Source: a virus
Lineage: Duplodnaviria; Caudoviricetes
Virus record (IMG/VR): IMGVR_UViG_3300028175_000001
DNA: 64,000 nucleotides
Reading direction: 5' to 3' (one strand)
The position numbers and the translations under genes are program-made. Positions 47,968-58,258 of the stretch are shown piece by piece (position 1 is the first letter of the stretch; each line of letters begins with the position of its first letter). The notes beneath the pieces were generated by a model. It was not told where the DNA came from. It made no database searches and saw only the letters and a list, made by a program, of their open reading frames with translations.

Positions 47968-48901
47968 AAGTTTCAGTTCTGACCAGCTTATTCATCTCAT
48001 TCACTTTTATTTTTTCAACTCTTCTCACATTAACAGAAGAATCCTTATACCATTCTTGAACCTTTTCTTTAACTATTAAAGCCTCTTCGTCTCCATCATA
48101 AAACATCCAAACTTTGTCATTTTTTATGGTTAACATACATCGATTAACAGAGGTATTGTCTAAAACATGTTTTTCAATTGTTTCGGGATGAATACGTGAA
48201 CAGTTTAAAGCTAATATATTTTTCGTTCTACCAATAAATTTTAATTCATCATCAACGATATCACCCGATGCCCAATAAGAATCTTGTATTTTCCATTTTA
48301 TAAACAATTCATTATCATTCACATAATAGTCTATTAAAGATGAAAGATTTTGTCCTATTTGCTGTTCATCTTCTGAATCAGAAATAGCAGGCGGTACTTC
48401 TGTTGAACCATACAAATGATGAAATTTTTTAGCTCCCTTAGAAAGCACATCTTCTTTAAAACCAACAGGAACAATATCTGCACCGCATGAAACCGTCATA
48501 TCTGTAAAATTAAAATTTTTCCATTTATCAGTTCTTTTCAATACTCTATAAACTGCGGGTAAAATAAAAGCATGGGTTGCATTTTGAATTTCGTCCAAAT
48601 AATCATTTGGGCGAAATGCTATTACTTTCAAATTACAATTTGTCATCAAAGCAGGCAAAACTGAAAGAACTGGATACCCTATCGAGGTGGCAGGTAATGA
48701 CATATTAACAATATAATCATTATTCGTATAATTATTATATCTACAATTTTCTTCAGCAACCATTTTCATAAGCTCATAGGAATGAACTATTTTTTTAGGT
48801 TTTCCAGTAGACCCTGAAGTAAAATAAACAAAATCCTCTTTTCTTTGAAATCTTCTTATAATGTCTTCAGTTTCTTCTTTATAATTTACACAATCAATCA
48901 T
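47954..48901 (-). CDS. Adenylate-forming (AMP-binding) acyl-CoA-ligase-like enzyme, N-terminally short
   Basis: FTSGSTGKPK, YGSTE, SGD and GR core motifs. Confidence 0.85.
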   Translation of the reverse strand: MIDCVNYKEETEDIIRRFQRKEDFVYFTSGSTGKPKKIVHSYELMKMVAEENCRYNNYTNNDYIVNMSLPATSIGYPVLSVLPALMTNCNLKVIAFRPNDYLDEIQNATHAFILPAVYRVLKRTDKWKNFNFTDMTVSCGADIVPVGFKEDVLSKGAKKFHHLYGSTEVPPAISDSEDEQQIGQNLSSLIDYYVNDNELFIKWKIQDSYWASGDIVDDELKFIGRTKNILALNCSRIHPETIEKHVLDNTSVNRCMLTIKNDKVWMFYDGDEEALIVKEKVQEWYKDSSVNVRRVEKIKVNEMNKLVRTETYDNC

Positions 48902-48911
48902 AATAATCTAC

Positions 48912-50168
48912 TTAATGGTTTAATTGTTTTTTAGGTGCATAATTTTTCATTTGATTTAAATATATCCCCAATTGACACCAAATACCATCTGGAAACACCC
49001 ACTGATAAGAACCAGTATATTTTTGATAATTATCCCAAATGAAATTACTACCGGAAATACTATTTGCCCCTTTCTGAGAATCAAGCCAAAATCGAGTATC
49101 ATTTCTACTGCTTAATACATAATGAGCTAACTGAAATCTAAGACCATCATTCCATATTCTTCTCATTATACGATTATATGATTTCTTGCTATAACCCCTT
49201 TTTATCGTATTCACTAATTGTGTAATACCACTTTGAGTCATAAACAAAGCCGTCGCCTCAAGTGGATCAACAAAACCAGAAGATGTTCCAATAGCAACCA
49301 CATTATCAGACCAAGGATTCTGTAAAATCATCGGATCCCACTGAATAAACCGTTCTTCTTTTTGTGAAGACAGGGGAGTTCTATCGAGGGCCTCATAAAT
49401 TTCTCGAAATTCTTTAAGTGCTTCTTCTTTATTCACATAACGAGATGCAAATATATAACCCATACCCACACGATTTTGTAAACTAACTTCAAATGTCCAA
49501 CCATACTTCCTGGCAATTGATTTAGTCACATCTGAATCATTGGGCGAATTTTCCATAGGACACACCCATGCAGAATCAACAAAATGAAAATCTGAAATAT
49601 TCATTTTAGTAAAATCTCGTATAAATTTTCTACCAAAACCCGTTGCATCAATATAAAGATCAAACCCCTTAGGTAACTCTGAAAGTTCTTCCTCGATTAA
49701 AACAGTTTTTTTGCAATGATTTTTTACTATATCAGCAGAAGCCTCCGCACAGACATGATAAGCATAATCAGATCTTGAATCTGGATTATCAAATTCTCTA
49801 TAAAAATTTTCCTCAATTATTTTCCCAGCAACATCAAAGTTGGTAGGATCAGCCATCATTTGATCAAATTTATTATTATCATTAAACCAAAATCTTGTGA
49901 CAAATGGTTTATCAAATTCTGGCGCATTCCACCCCTCTTTATAATTTCCATATTTTAAAACGGCATCAGAATTTTTTACCCAATCCTTTTCTTCGATACC
50001 CAATTCCTCCCACCACCATTTAAGTTGAGGCAAGGTTGATTCCCCAACACCCATTGATGGAATATCAGGAGCATCATAAATTGTAATTTCCCAATCTGGT
50101 AAATGTTTTTCAAAATAACCCGCGGCCCACCATCCTGCAGTACTGCCGCCTACTATGCAAAGTTTCAT
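48912..50168 (-). CDS. Flavin-dependent tryptophan-halogenase-family protein
   Basis: VGGSTAGW, GVGESTLP, LKYG (catalytic Lys position), GWTFEVSL, GFVDPLEATAL. Confidence 0.88.
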   Translation of the reverse strand: MKLCIVGGSTAGWWAAGYFEKHLPDWEITIYDAPDIPSMGVGESTLPQLKWWWEELGIEEKDWVKNSDAVLKYGNYKEGWNAPEFDKPFVTRFWFNDNNKFDQMMADPTNFDVAGKIIEENFYREFDNPDSRSDYAYHVCAEASADIVKNHCKKTVLIEEELSELPKGFDLYIDATGFGRKFIRDFTKMNISDFHFVDSAWVCPMENSPNDSDVTKSIARKYGWTFEVSLQNRVGMGYIFASRYVNKEEALKEFREIYEALDRTPLSSQKEERFIQWDPMILQNPWSDNVVAIGTSSGFVDPLEATALFMTQSGITQLVNTIKRGYSKKSYNRIMRRIWNDGLRFQLAHYVLSSRNDTRFWLDSQKGANSISGSNFIWDNYQKYTGSYQWVFPDGIWCQLGIYLNQMKNYAPKKQLNH

Positions 50169-50473
50169 GTTTCTACCTCTATAGGATCGCTTACTTTATA
50201 ATAATATACAATTTTAGTTAATTGGTGGATAACATCTTTTCGTAAAAGTTCAGAATCAAAATATAATTTTTTCGTAGGATATCGTTGTGTTAAAACAACC
50301 AAATTAGGCAGGATAAACGTCATAGAAAACAGATGTTCACCAAATTCATCTGCTATTTTTTGATTATATTTTCTAAACGGATGAAATTCTATAAAACTAT
50401 ACAAATAACGTTTAATTTCTTGCTTAGATTTGAAATCACATTTTGTTTTAATAACTGAATTTATCAATATCAT
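50165..50473 (-). CDS. Small hypothetical protein
   Basis: Coupled 102-aa ORF. Confidence 0.6.
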   Translation of the reverse strand: MILINSVIKTKCDFKSKQEIKRYLYSFIEFHPFRKYNQKIADEFGEHLFSMTFILPNLVVLTQRYPTKKLYFDSELLRKDVIHQLTKIVYYYKVSDPIEVET

Positions 50474-51557
50474 TTATCAACTCCAAAAAATTATCCATAA
50501 TATCAGTATTTTCTATTTCTATAGAACCATTAAAATCTATATGCCAAATAAATCGAAAAAAATCGCCATATTTGGCATATATTTCCATTGTTCTATTAAA
50601 ATTATGCTGTGCTTTTAAGTCCACATCAAAATCAGACAAAATCCCAATATCATCGCACAAATCACTTACCATATTAAAACATGATTTATATCGTTTTTTT
50701 AATGATGGACCATCATATATATTAAAATAATTAATAAATCCTTGCTGTTCTAAAAACTTGTAAATACCAGAATTACTCAAAACAATAAAGGGCTTTTTCC
50801 AAATCAAATTTTTAACTATTTTTTCCGTAAAAGATAATCCAAACGTAAGAGTTGATTCTTGATAATAATCTACATAACTCTGAAAATATTCAACGGGGGG
50901 GAATATGCATTCTGGAAAAAACGTATTGTGATATTTTTTCCCTATAACCCGTCTAGCATTCTTTGTTATATCTTCAGACAAACGTATGCGGTCTATTTTA
51001 AAACCCCTAACCACAACATCATCTTCGGGCTTTAATGAGACCTCATCATTTATAATCACACGATTTTTATTCAAATATATCGTTTTAATATCTATATTAT
51101 TTCTCATATGGTCATTCGTATAACTCATATGATCTTCATTATACGGATATAAAGAATATACAATATTTTTCAACTGCATTACGTCCCCGACAGATAAAAC
51201 TCTAAGAGCCGCAGGCCGTCTATTTAAATGACATACATGATATTTTTTTTCGAAATTATCATCTAAAGAAAAATCTCTCGACAAATGTTGTACATGCTGA
51301 CAAATGACTTTCCAAGGAAATCCATAATAATTTTTATTGTGATCTATAGAAGTAACATCAGAATCTATTATATAAATATTGTCTTGTAAAGGCAATAATT
51401 GCTTAGGCGAAGAACTTGGACCAGAATCCGACTCAATTACAAATAGTCTATCCGAATCTTTTAATTTTTTTAAATAACTATCATATGAACTATGTAATCT
51501 CTGTATACCAGGAGATATTTCATTATCTTTATCTAACGTAGTAACAATATAATCCAT
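50448..51557 (-). CDS. GT-B-like hypothetical protein (TEK..K...KPF family)
   Basis: QES...FTEKIVKNLIWKKPFIV...GF; paralog of 59222 and 60463. Confidence 0.55.
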   Translation of the reverse strand: MDYIVTTLDKDNEISPGIQRLHSSYDSYLKKLKDSDRLFVIESDSGPSSSPKQLLPLQDNIYIIDSDVTSIDHNKNYYGFPWKVICQHVQHLSRDFSLDDNFEKKYHVCHLNRRPAALRVLSVGDVMQLKNIVYSLYPYNEDHMSYTNDHMRNNIDIKTIYLNKNRVIINDEVSLKPEDDVVVRGFKIDRIRLSEDITKNARRVIGKKYHNTFFPECIFPPVEYFQSYVDYYQESTLTFGLSFTEKIVKNLIWKKPFIVLSNSGIYKFLEQQGFINYFNIYDGPSLKKRYKSCFNMVSDLCDDIGILSDFDVDLKAQHNFNRTMEIYAKYGDFFRFIWHIDFNGSIEIENTDIMDNFLELINDIDKFSY

Positions 51558-51568
51558 TATTATAAATT

Positions 51569-52252
51569 CTAAGAATGGGTTATAACCTCAATATTTTTCA
51601 TTTTTTTCAAGGTTGGAAATTTAAAATTTTCATAATGATGTTGTCTCCTATCTTTAGATAAATCTGCACAGCCCACTCCCATTAATAATACAGGAACTTC
51701 TCCCAAAATATCAGCTATAGCACTAGAGTCCATACACTTACAACATCCTGTAGCATATCCTAATTGAGTAGCTACGATATTTACATATCCTGCGGCTATA
51801 CCAATTGCAATAGAACGGTCTTCTGCCCATTCATCATCATATTGAACATTAGGTACATATGTATCCTGCCGTTTCAATAACGGATTTTCATTTTCAGTAA
51901 ACACTAACAATAATTGACCAAGCACTTGTGGATTAGTATAATATTTACCCTCTTCTGTTGTTTTTTCGTCAAATGAATTTTCTTTTCTTAATTCAGAATC
52001 ATAATCTGAATAAATTGGACCAAATCCAACAGTTTTTTTATGAATTTCTTCTATCATGTCCCGGTCTTCTATGACATGTAACCGATAATAATTCAAATTT
52101 TGTTTAGAAGGACAATTTGTCGCTGACTCTATTAATAGCTGTTTGTCTTCTTCGGGTATAGATTTACTTAAATCCCAATTTCGCTGACATTTTTGCGATT
52201 CGTGTATTGTTTCTCGTATCATTTTGCGATACGAACCATGAGTTATTGCCAT
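51569..52252 (-). CDS. Nitroreductase-fold flavoprotein
   Basis: SQKCQRNW...CPSKQN...NPQV...IGIAAGYV...LGYATGCCKC; paralog of 36803. Confidence 0.8.
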   Translation of the reverse strand: MAITHGSYRKMIRETIHESQKCQRNWDLSKSIPEEDKQLLIESATNCPSKQNLNYYRLHVIEDRDMIEEIHKKTVGFGPIYSDYDSELRKENSFDEKTTEEGKYYTNPQVLGQLLLVFTENENPLLKRQDTYVPNVQYDDEWAEDRSIAIGIAAGYVNIVATQLGYATGCCKCMDSSAIADILGEVPVLLMGVGCADLSKDRRQHHYENFKFPTLKKMKNIEVITHS

Positions 52253-52273
52253 TATTATGCTCCAAAATTTAAA

Positions 52274-52281
52274 TATTTATG
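52274..52281 (-). promoter_or_regulatory. Possible internal T4-type late promoter CATAAATA
   Basis: Minus strand reads CATAAATATTTAAATTTTGGAGCATAATAATG into the 52252 start, in one of the few intergenic gaps. Confidence 0.4.
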
Positions 52282-53043
52282 TTATATTAATCTATAATAA
52301 TTATTAATATTATAGTAATCTTTTTGTCTCCAAACCTTACCTGCACTTTTTAATAATCCATCTGTCAAAATTTCTTCGTTATAATTAGAATATGAGCATC
52401 CTCTAAAATCAAAAGAAATACGTGTATTGATAGAAGAATTATGAGGTATAGATCCATGTAAAATTTTACATCCATAAAATTTTACAAATTGACCGTATTT
52501 TATATTTACAGGATATAAAATATTATCAGAATGTAATATATACAGGGTATTATGATCATCTACATCCATTAACGGCATCCAAAAATTCTCTTCAAATTCA
52601 GGATGAAGTGCTATTTCATTATCAGTATGAAGACTATAATCAATACCGTTTTTATTTATCAAATCATTATCACAATATTTCACTGTACTTTTAGAGGGTA
52701 CTATTTTAATTGAAGGCAACCGTTGCATTACAATAACGTTTTTGTTTAACATAGTAAACTCGCCAGGAGAAACATTTAACGCAAGTTTTAATATATTTTC
52801 ACAAAAAGATTTCCATAATAAATTAAAATCAGCATCATTACGAAAATAAGAATATATTGTATGTATTAAATCACCATACGTGCTTTTTGGTTGTACATCA
52901 CTAACCCAATTCCATGCATCTTCTGAAACATATTTCAAATGCAAGTTTTCAAGAGAACACTTCAGCAAATTTTCTAATAATTGCTTCCAATTATAAACAC
53001 TTGTGTCATATTCATAGATTACACCAAACTTTTCTTCCATCAT
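52282..53043 (-). CDS. PhyH/StrG-like 2OG-Fe(II) dioxygenase
   Basis: LHTD...NFWMPL...HGS..N....TRISFDFR. Confidence 0.7.
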   Translation of the reverse strand: MMEEKFGVIYEYDTSVYNWKQLLENLLKCSLENLHLKYVSEDAWNWVSDVQPKSTYGDLIHTIYSYFRNDADFNLLWKSFCENILKLALNVSPGEFTMLNKNVIVMQRLPSIKIVPSKSTVKYCDNDLINKNGIDYSLHTDNEIALHPEFEENFWMPLMDVDDHNTLYILHSDNILYPVNIKYGQFVKFYGCKILHGSIPHNSSINTRISFDFRGCSYSNYNEEILTDGLLKSAGKVWRQKDYYNINNYYRLI

Positions 53044-54407
53044 TAAAAAATCTCCATCCCCTCAAACGGCATATTATTATTTTTTTTATCCATCATAGGT
53101 TCTCCTTTAATATTCAATGACGTATTGAGTAACATTGGACAACCAGACTCTTGTTTCCATTCTTGCAATAATTGTTTATGCTCATCAGTTTCAACAATTT
53201 GGACTCTAGAAGTACCATCTAAATGAACTATACCAGGATACATTTTTCTAGTATGATTCAATGCAGTGAATGTTGTGTTCATATAAGGCGAATAAATATT
53301 ATTTTTAAAATATGATGTCAAGTCTTCTTTTAAGATCATGGGGGCAAAGGGTCTAAAATTATCCCGGCCTTTTATTTTATTCACTCTATCTTTTATATTT
53401 ATAATAGAAGGATCGGCTAAAATTGATCTATTACCCAAAGCTCTGGGTCCAAATTCAGCCTTACCAGAAATCACTCCCGCAATACCATTGGTCTTGAGTT
53501 CTTTGATCAAATTTTCTACAGGATATTTTCCAACAACGTCATATCCCAAATACGGAGAAGGGTCTATTTTTGTTTTAGTTCTTGCAAGAACACATCCTAT
53601 GGCTGAACCACCGTCTCCTGGATTGCATGGTATATGAACATTACTAAATTTTTTATACAACAATCGATTGGCAGAAACATTTAAAGCACATCCTCCAACA
53701 ACTATTAAATTATCATCTTCAATTTCCGAAATAATATCATCAAACACTTCTTCATATACTTGCTGTGTAGCGGAAGCTATTTCAAATTTATCCATAGTCA
53801 AATCTATTCCACGATGAAAATTAGTACCGTTGTCCCACAAATTTCGTATAATAGAATAATTTTCAAAAGTCGAATTACGATTTACTCCAGCCGCACCCAT
53901 CAAAATATATTCTTCTTCGTTTGGTTTCCATCCAGCCGATTGTGTCATTGCTGAATAAAATAATCCTATTGATTTAGGATAGTTCCACTGTTTTATTATT
54001 TTAAATTCACCATAAATAACTTTCCACTGGGTCATTGTGGCCCATTCACCTATAGCATCTATTACTAATACTGTACAATTTTCAAATGACGATGTATAAT
54101 ACCCATAACACGCATGAGAATAATGATGTTCTGTGGGTATAGTATCATATTTAAATTCAAAAGGGGTTATCAGTTTTTGCCCCGCTAACTCTCTCCTTCT
54201 ATTTTTTATTCGTATATCTTCATAAAAATATACTTTATTTGGAACACCCCAGTGTTCTTCCGCGAATTTGATAAGATTATCTGGTATTATAGAATCATTT
54301 TTCTTACGTGACCAACGTTCTGCATCAGATGCAAATACGAGTTTAGTATCTTCAAACACGGCCAAAGCCCCATCATGTGAACCAAAAGTGGTTCCCCAGC
54401 TAATCAT
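53043..54407 (-). CDS. Carbamoyltransferase (NodU/CmcH/TobZ family)
   Basis: HDGALA, ERWSRKKND, HHYSHA, DAIGE, EFGPRALGNRSILADP, RPFAP, LNTSLNIKGEP. Confidence 0.93.
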   Translation of the reverse strand: MISWGTTFGSHDGALAVFEDTKLVFASDAERWSRKKNDSIIPDNLIKFAEEHWGVPNKVYFYEDIRIKNRRRELAGQKLITPFEFKYDTIPTEHHYSHACYGYYTSSFENCTVLVIDAIGEWATMTQWKVIYGEFKIIKQWNYPKSIGLFYSAMTQSAGWKPNEEEYILMGAAGVNRNSTFENYSIIRNLWDNGTNFHRGIDLTMDKFEIASATQQVYEEVFDDIISEIEDDNLIVVGGCALNVSANRLLYKKFSNVHIPCNPGDGGSAIGCVLARTKTKIDPSPYLGYDVVGKYPVENLIKELKTNGIAGVISGKAEFGPRALGNRSILADPSIINIKDRVNKIKGRDNFRPFAPMILKEDLTSYFKNNIYSPYMNTTFTALNHTRKMYPGIVHLDGTSRVQIVETDEHKQLLQEWKQESGCPMLLNTSLNIKGEPMMDKKNNNMPFEGMEIF

Positions 54408-54888
54408 TATATAACCCCGATAACTGTAAAGTTAATTTATCATATTTACTAAAATTTATTGCAAAATGTTCTATTGTGCTGTCCCAACAAGTTGCTTCTC
54501 CTATACTCCATCTGGAAATAGTTTTGTTAGAGCATTCTACTAATTGACCAAAATACCATTTGCTCAAAAAAACATTAATTCTCACTTTAATTTTATTTGT
54601 TGGAATATCATTTAATGGCCAAAATTTATCATAATGTGATGCATTCACTGAACCCGGTTTTTGTAAAATCAAAGTAGCATATTTAATGTCAACATTTAAC
54701 TGATGATTTAATTGATTCAAATTAGATATATCATCTAAATCAATAAATTGCTGTAATATATTACAGTTCAAATCTGCATATCCTAATGCATTTGTTGACG
54801 TGCATGAGGTATCAACTAACCGAAAGTTGTCTTGAAATTTCTCCTGAAAGACATAATCGATTGACACCTGATCTATTATATGCATCAT
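54400..54888 (-). CDS. 2OG-Fe(II) oxygenase / cupin-like protein
   Basis: HYD...EHFAIN...KLTLQ. Confidence 0.65.
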   Translation of the reverse strand: MMHIIDQVSIDYVFQEKFQDNFRLVDTSCTSTNALGYADLNCNILQQFIDLDDISNLNQLNHQLNVDIKYATLILQKPGSVNASHYDKFWPLNDIPTNKIKVRINVFLSKWYFGQLVECSNKTISRWSIGEATCWDSTIEHFAINFSKYDKLTLQLSGLYND

Positions 54889-55687
54889 ATTGTTTATTTC
54901 CTATTCCCATAAGTATATTATCAGTATATTCAAGCTGTAACTGATCACATATTTTTTTATAAATTGCGCCATAGTTTAGCCAATTGAAATCAAAAGGATA
55001 TTTTAATATTAATTCATTCGCAACACCTATACTCAACAAATTTAGCATTTGTATTCCTTTTGAATTTAAAATATCAATACCATCATCCGAATTTTCTCTC
55101 TGTAACCGGATCCCCACTCTCAAATGTTCTGCCCCATAAAAGGATTTTGAAATACTAAATGCTAAAGTATCTATGCACGAATAATTATCAAAATCTATAT
55201 TTATATTTTTAGACACGGTAGCATGACAAAAATCCAATAAAACAGGAATATTATATTTTTCGCATACATCTAACCAATAAAAAAATTCTGTGTGGATTTT
55301 ACCATATCCCGTAAAAGGTACACTCATAATAAATGCATTATTTTTGGTCGTCTTTAAAGTCTCATCAACACGGCCAAAATTATAATTATTTTTCAAAGCG
55401 GCTCGATGATACATGAATTCACCATCGAACAATCTAAACGTTTTATTTTTATGCTTTATATAAAAATGATCAAAAATATGAACACTTCCATTAGTAATTT
55501 GGACATTATTAAACGAGGTTATATTTAAAAAATTGTTTAACTTAGAAGAAGAAATCCATTCCACAAAATTTTGTTTAAACGTGTTTATCAAATCCAAATC
55601 ATATAAAAAGTTCATAGAATCTATCGACATTATGAACTTTTTAACTTCCGGATCTTTAATAGCTGTTAAATTTTTAAAATCATGCAT
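54812..55687 (-). CDS. Fold-type-I PLP-dependent-like enzyme
   Basis: VLLDFCH, SISKSF, RVGIR; paralog of 31394. Confidence 0.6.
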   Translation of the reverse strand: MHDFKNLTAIKDPEVKKFIMSIDSMNFLYDLDLINTFKQNFVEWISSSKLNNFLNITSFNNVQITNGSVHIFDHFYIKHKNKTFRLFDGEFMYHRAALKNNYNFGRVDETLKTTKNNAFIMSVPFTGYGKIHTEFFYWLDVCEKYNIPVLLDFCHATVSKNINIDFDNYSCIDTLAFSISKSFYGAEHLRVGIRLQRENSDDGIDILNSKGIQMLNLLSIGVANELILKYPFDFNWLNYGAIYKKICDQLQLEYTDNILMGIGNKQYDAYNRSGVNRLCLSGEISRQLSVS

Positions 55688-55702
55688 ATTCTAACAATCC
55701 AT

Positions 55703-56425
55703 TCATTCTTCCCATAATTTAAAATGAGTATATTCATTGCTCGCATAAACACTTTTATGCGGCATATCATCTTTGTTATAAGTACTGTTACTCAAATAAT
55801 AAAAAAAACGTATTGCACACCGACTAATTTTATTTGGACTATTTACGGTTCTAACAGAATGCCAATCTTTTATTTTACCCGTAACATTTTCTTTAACAAT
55901 AAGTCTATTAAACAATGGAGCTACATCATATAATAATTTTGAATTAGTATTATTGTCTATATTATCAGACCAACATTCATGGTGCCCACCCCATTCCTCA
56001 GACCAATCAGGAGTTAAAAATAATATTGAGGACAAAGTCCGATGTAATCTTAATCGATCATTCCAATTAAAATCATAATGACATTTTAAACTATCTCCAG
56101 GCCGTATTATAGAAAACCCCGCACCAACTATATGAGGATCAGGCAACAATCCAACTATTCCCGTCATCTGTTCCAAGTCATATATCATTTCACCCGAATG
56201 CATCAAATCATATGTGATATTATGAGCAATAGGTGTATATATCAAATCACGATATTCTTCCATCCTAGATCCGGATCTAGTAAACACAGTCCAACCACCC
56301 CTTGGAGCTGAAACACATTCTTCATATAGTTTTATACACGTAGCTTCGTCTAAAAAATTATCAAACACTGCATGGGGTATACCAGATTTTTTATTACATT
56401 CCCACTCATTTTTTTTATTCAACAT
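55703..56425 (-). CDS. 2OG-Fe(II) oxygenase
   Basis: LKCHYDFNW...LFLTPDW...WGG...PLFNRL...WHSV...R. Confidence 0.88.
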   Translation of the reverse strand: MLNKKNEWECNKKSGIPHAVFDNFLDEATCIKLYEECVSAPRGGWTVFTRSGSRMEEYRDLIYTPIAHNITYDLMHSGEMIYDLEQMTGIVGLLPDPHIVGAGFSIIRPGDSLKCHYDFNWNDRLRLHRTLSSILFLTPDWSEEWGGHHECWSDNIDNNTNSKLLYDVAPLFNRLIVKENVTGKIKDWHSVRTVNSPNKISRCAIRFFYYLSNSTYNKDDMPHKSVYASNEYTHFKLWEE

Positions 56426-56449
56426 ATTTTAAACCACCAAAAAATAAAT

Positions 56450-58258
56450 TTAACAAAAAAATTTTTCCGATCTCCTACCCCACCATATACACTCTCTAGC
56501 CCACTTTTCTAAATCTCCATCATATTCAATATAAGGATCTTTCATTTTATGATACTGTTCGTTTATTAATGAAGAATCAAGATTATATTGTTTTTTTATA
56601 AAAACACATATTTCATCATAAAATCTACGTTTTTCTTTAACTAAATGAATAATAGTAGCTTCCTCATACTCCCAATATATATTTGAAACGTCTAATACTT
56701 TTCTACCCCAAGGTATTTTTTGTTCAAATACTTTTTTTAACAGCCTCTTTGTTATATAATATTCTTTATAAAGAAATGTTGTATCATTATTGATAAACCA
56801 CATAAAAAGATCATCATAAAATTGCCTCAATGTTATTTTATATTCCTTTTTTAATTTCAGTGCAAGTATTCTTAACCACCCCAAAAAATGAAAAGAAATC
56901 ATATACCATTTCCAAAGAGTTGCTTCAATATAGTCGTCAAACGACATAACAGTTGAACCAACAACAACATTATTCACATCTTTCATAAGCTCTTCTGAAG
57001 GATGATCATGATGAAAAAAAGCTGGAGTTGTTTGCCTAATTTTAATGCCGTATTTATTTAAATATTCTTTATCACCAAAGGGAGTATTAGGTAAGGCCAC
57101 CATCACATATATACCAATATAATTATGATAATCAACATCATCGATCAATTTATACAGCCCCTCCTTAAAACTAGTTAATGTTTCTTCGGGTAACCCTAAA
57201 ATTGTTTCTATGTAAGCAGGCATTCCTATTGTTTTGAGTTTTGATATGACTTGAACTAAATTAGTATTTTCATTTGTTCTTCCTATAGCCTTTAACGTTT
57301 TGTGATTTGTAGACTGTAACGCAATCGTCACACTCTTATTTAGACCAGCTTTCCACAAATCTTCAGCCATGTCAAAAAGATAGGGCTTTTTATGTTTTGC
57401 CCAAGTAATATTTAATGCGGTTGGAAATCCAATCGTTTTAAAGTTTTTTATCAATAAATCAGAAATAATCTTATGTTCTCTATACATGCCAAAATTATTA
57501 GCAATCAAATGCAAATATTCAATATTGTGTTCAGAAATCCAATTGATTTCTTTCAGCATCTTATCATAATCTTGTTTGATAATTTTTGTCCAATGTCTAT
57601 CGCCAACCTCACAAAAAGAACACGTATAAGGACAACCTCTCTCTATTTCTATAAGACTTTCCCATTCATAATTATGATCTTTAACAGAAATAAGATCGTC
57701 AAAAAGACCATTAAGGTATGGGCTAGGTAGTTTAGATATGTTTTTTATTCGTTCTTCTAAAGGAGTTTGAAATTGATGTGTCGTAATACCTTTAACTGAT
57801 CTTATATTAAATCCATGAATAATTGTTTTCAATATATTTTTAAAAACAATTTCGCCCTCATTATGCACAATAACATCAATAAACGGTCTTTCATCTAAAA
57901 ATTCTCTGCACCTTCCGTGTTTAGGAGTACCTAGACCACCATACACTATCAAACAGTTGGGATTTATTTTTTTAATTTCAGCACATACTCTATCGCTTAC
58001 ATAAGTGTTCCAAACAAAATAGGAAACACCCACAACATCACATTGGGCCAATTTTTGAGCAGTTGATAAAACATCGAAAGACCCGTCAAGCACATAATGC
58101 CAATCAGCAACATTAAAAGAAAAATTATTTAATATTTCATCGTCTGATCTACAATAACTCCACACACATCCTGTAGAATACGGTAATTTAATTTGATTGG
58201 TAAAAATGTGGGACAGCTCTAAAAAGCCTATCCTCTTCTTAAATCCAGCGTTACACAA
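56450..58258 (-). CDS. Cobalamin-binding radical SAM enzyme (class-B-methyltransferase-like)
   Basis: B12-binding N-terminal domain (GVSYFVWN...IVYGG...EGE); RGCPYTCSFC; ETILGLPEET. Confidence 0.9.
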   Translation of the reverse strand: MCNAGFKKRIGFLELSHIFTNQIKLPYSTGCVWSYCRSDDEILNNFSFNVADWHYVLDGSFDVLSTAQKLAQCDVVGVSYFVWNTYVSDRVCAEIKKINPNCLIVYGGLGTPKHGRCREFLDERPFIDVIVHNEGEIVFKNILKTIIHGFNIRSVKGITTHQFQTPLEERIKNISKLPSPYLNGLFDDLISVKDHNYEWESLIEIERGCPYTCSFCEVGDRHWTKIIKQDYDKMLKEINWISEHNIEYLHLIANNFGMYREHKIISDLLIKNFKTIGFPTALNITWAKHKKPYLFDMAEDLWKAGLNKSVTIALQSTNHKTLKAIGRTNENTNLVQVISKLKTIGMPAYIETILGLPEETLTSFKEGLYKLIDDVDYHNYIGIYVMVALPNTPFGDKEYLNKYGIKIRQTTPAFFHHDHPSEELMKDVNNVVVGSTVMSFDDYIEATLWKWYMISFHFLGWLRILALKLKKEYKITLRQFYDDLFMWFINNDTTFLYKEYYITKRLLKKVFEQKIPWGRKVLDVSNIYWEYEEATIIHLVKEKRRFYDEICVFIKKQYNLDSSLINEQYHKMKDPYIEYDGDLEKWARECIWWGRRSEKFFC

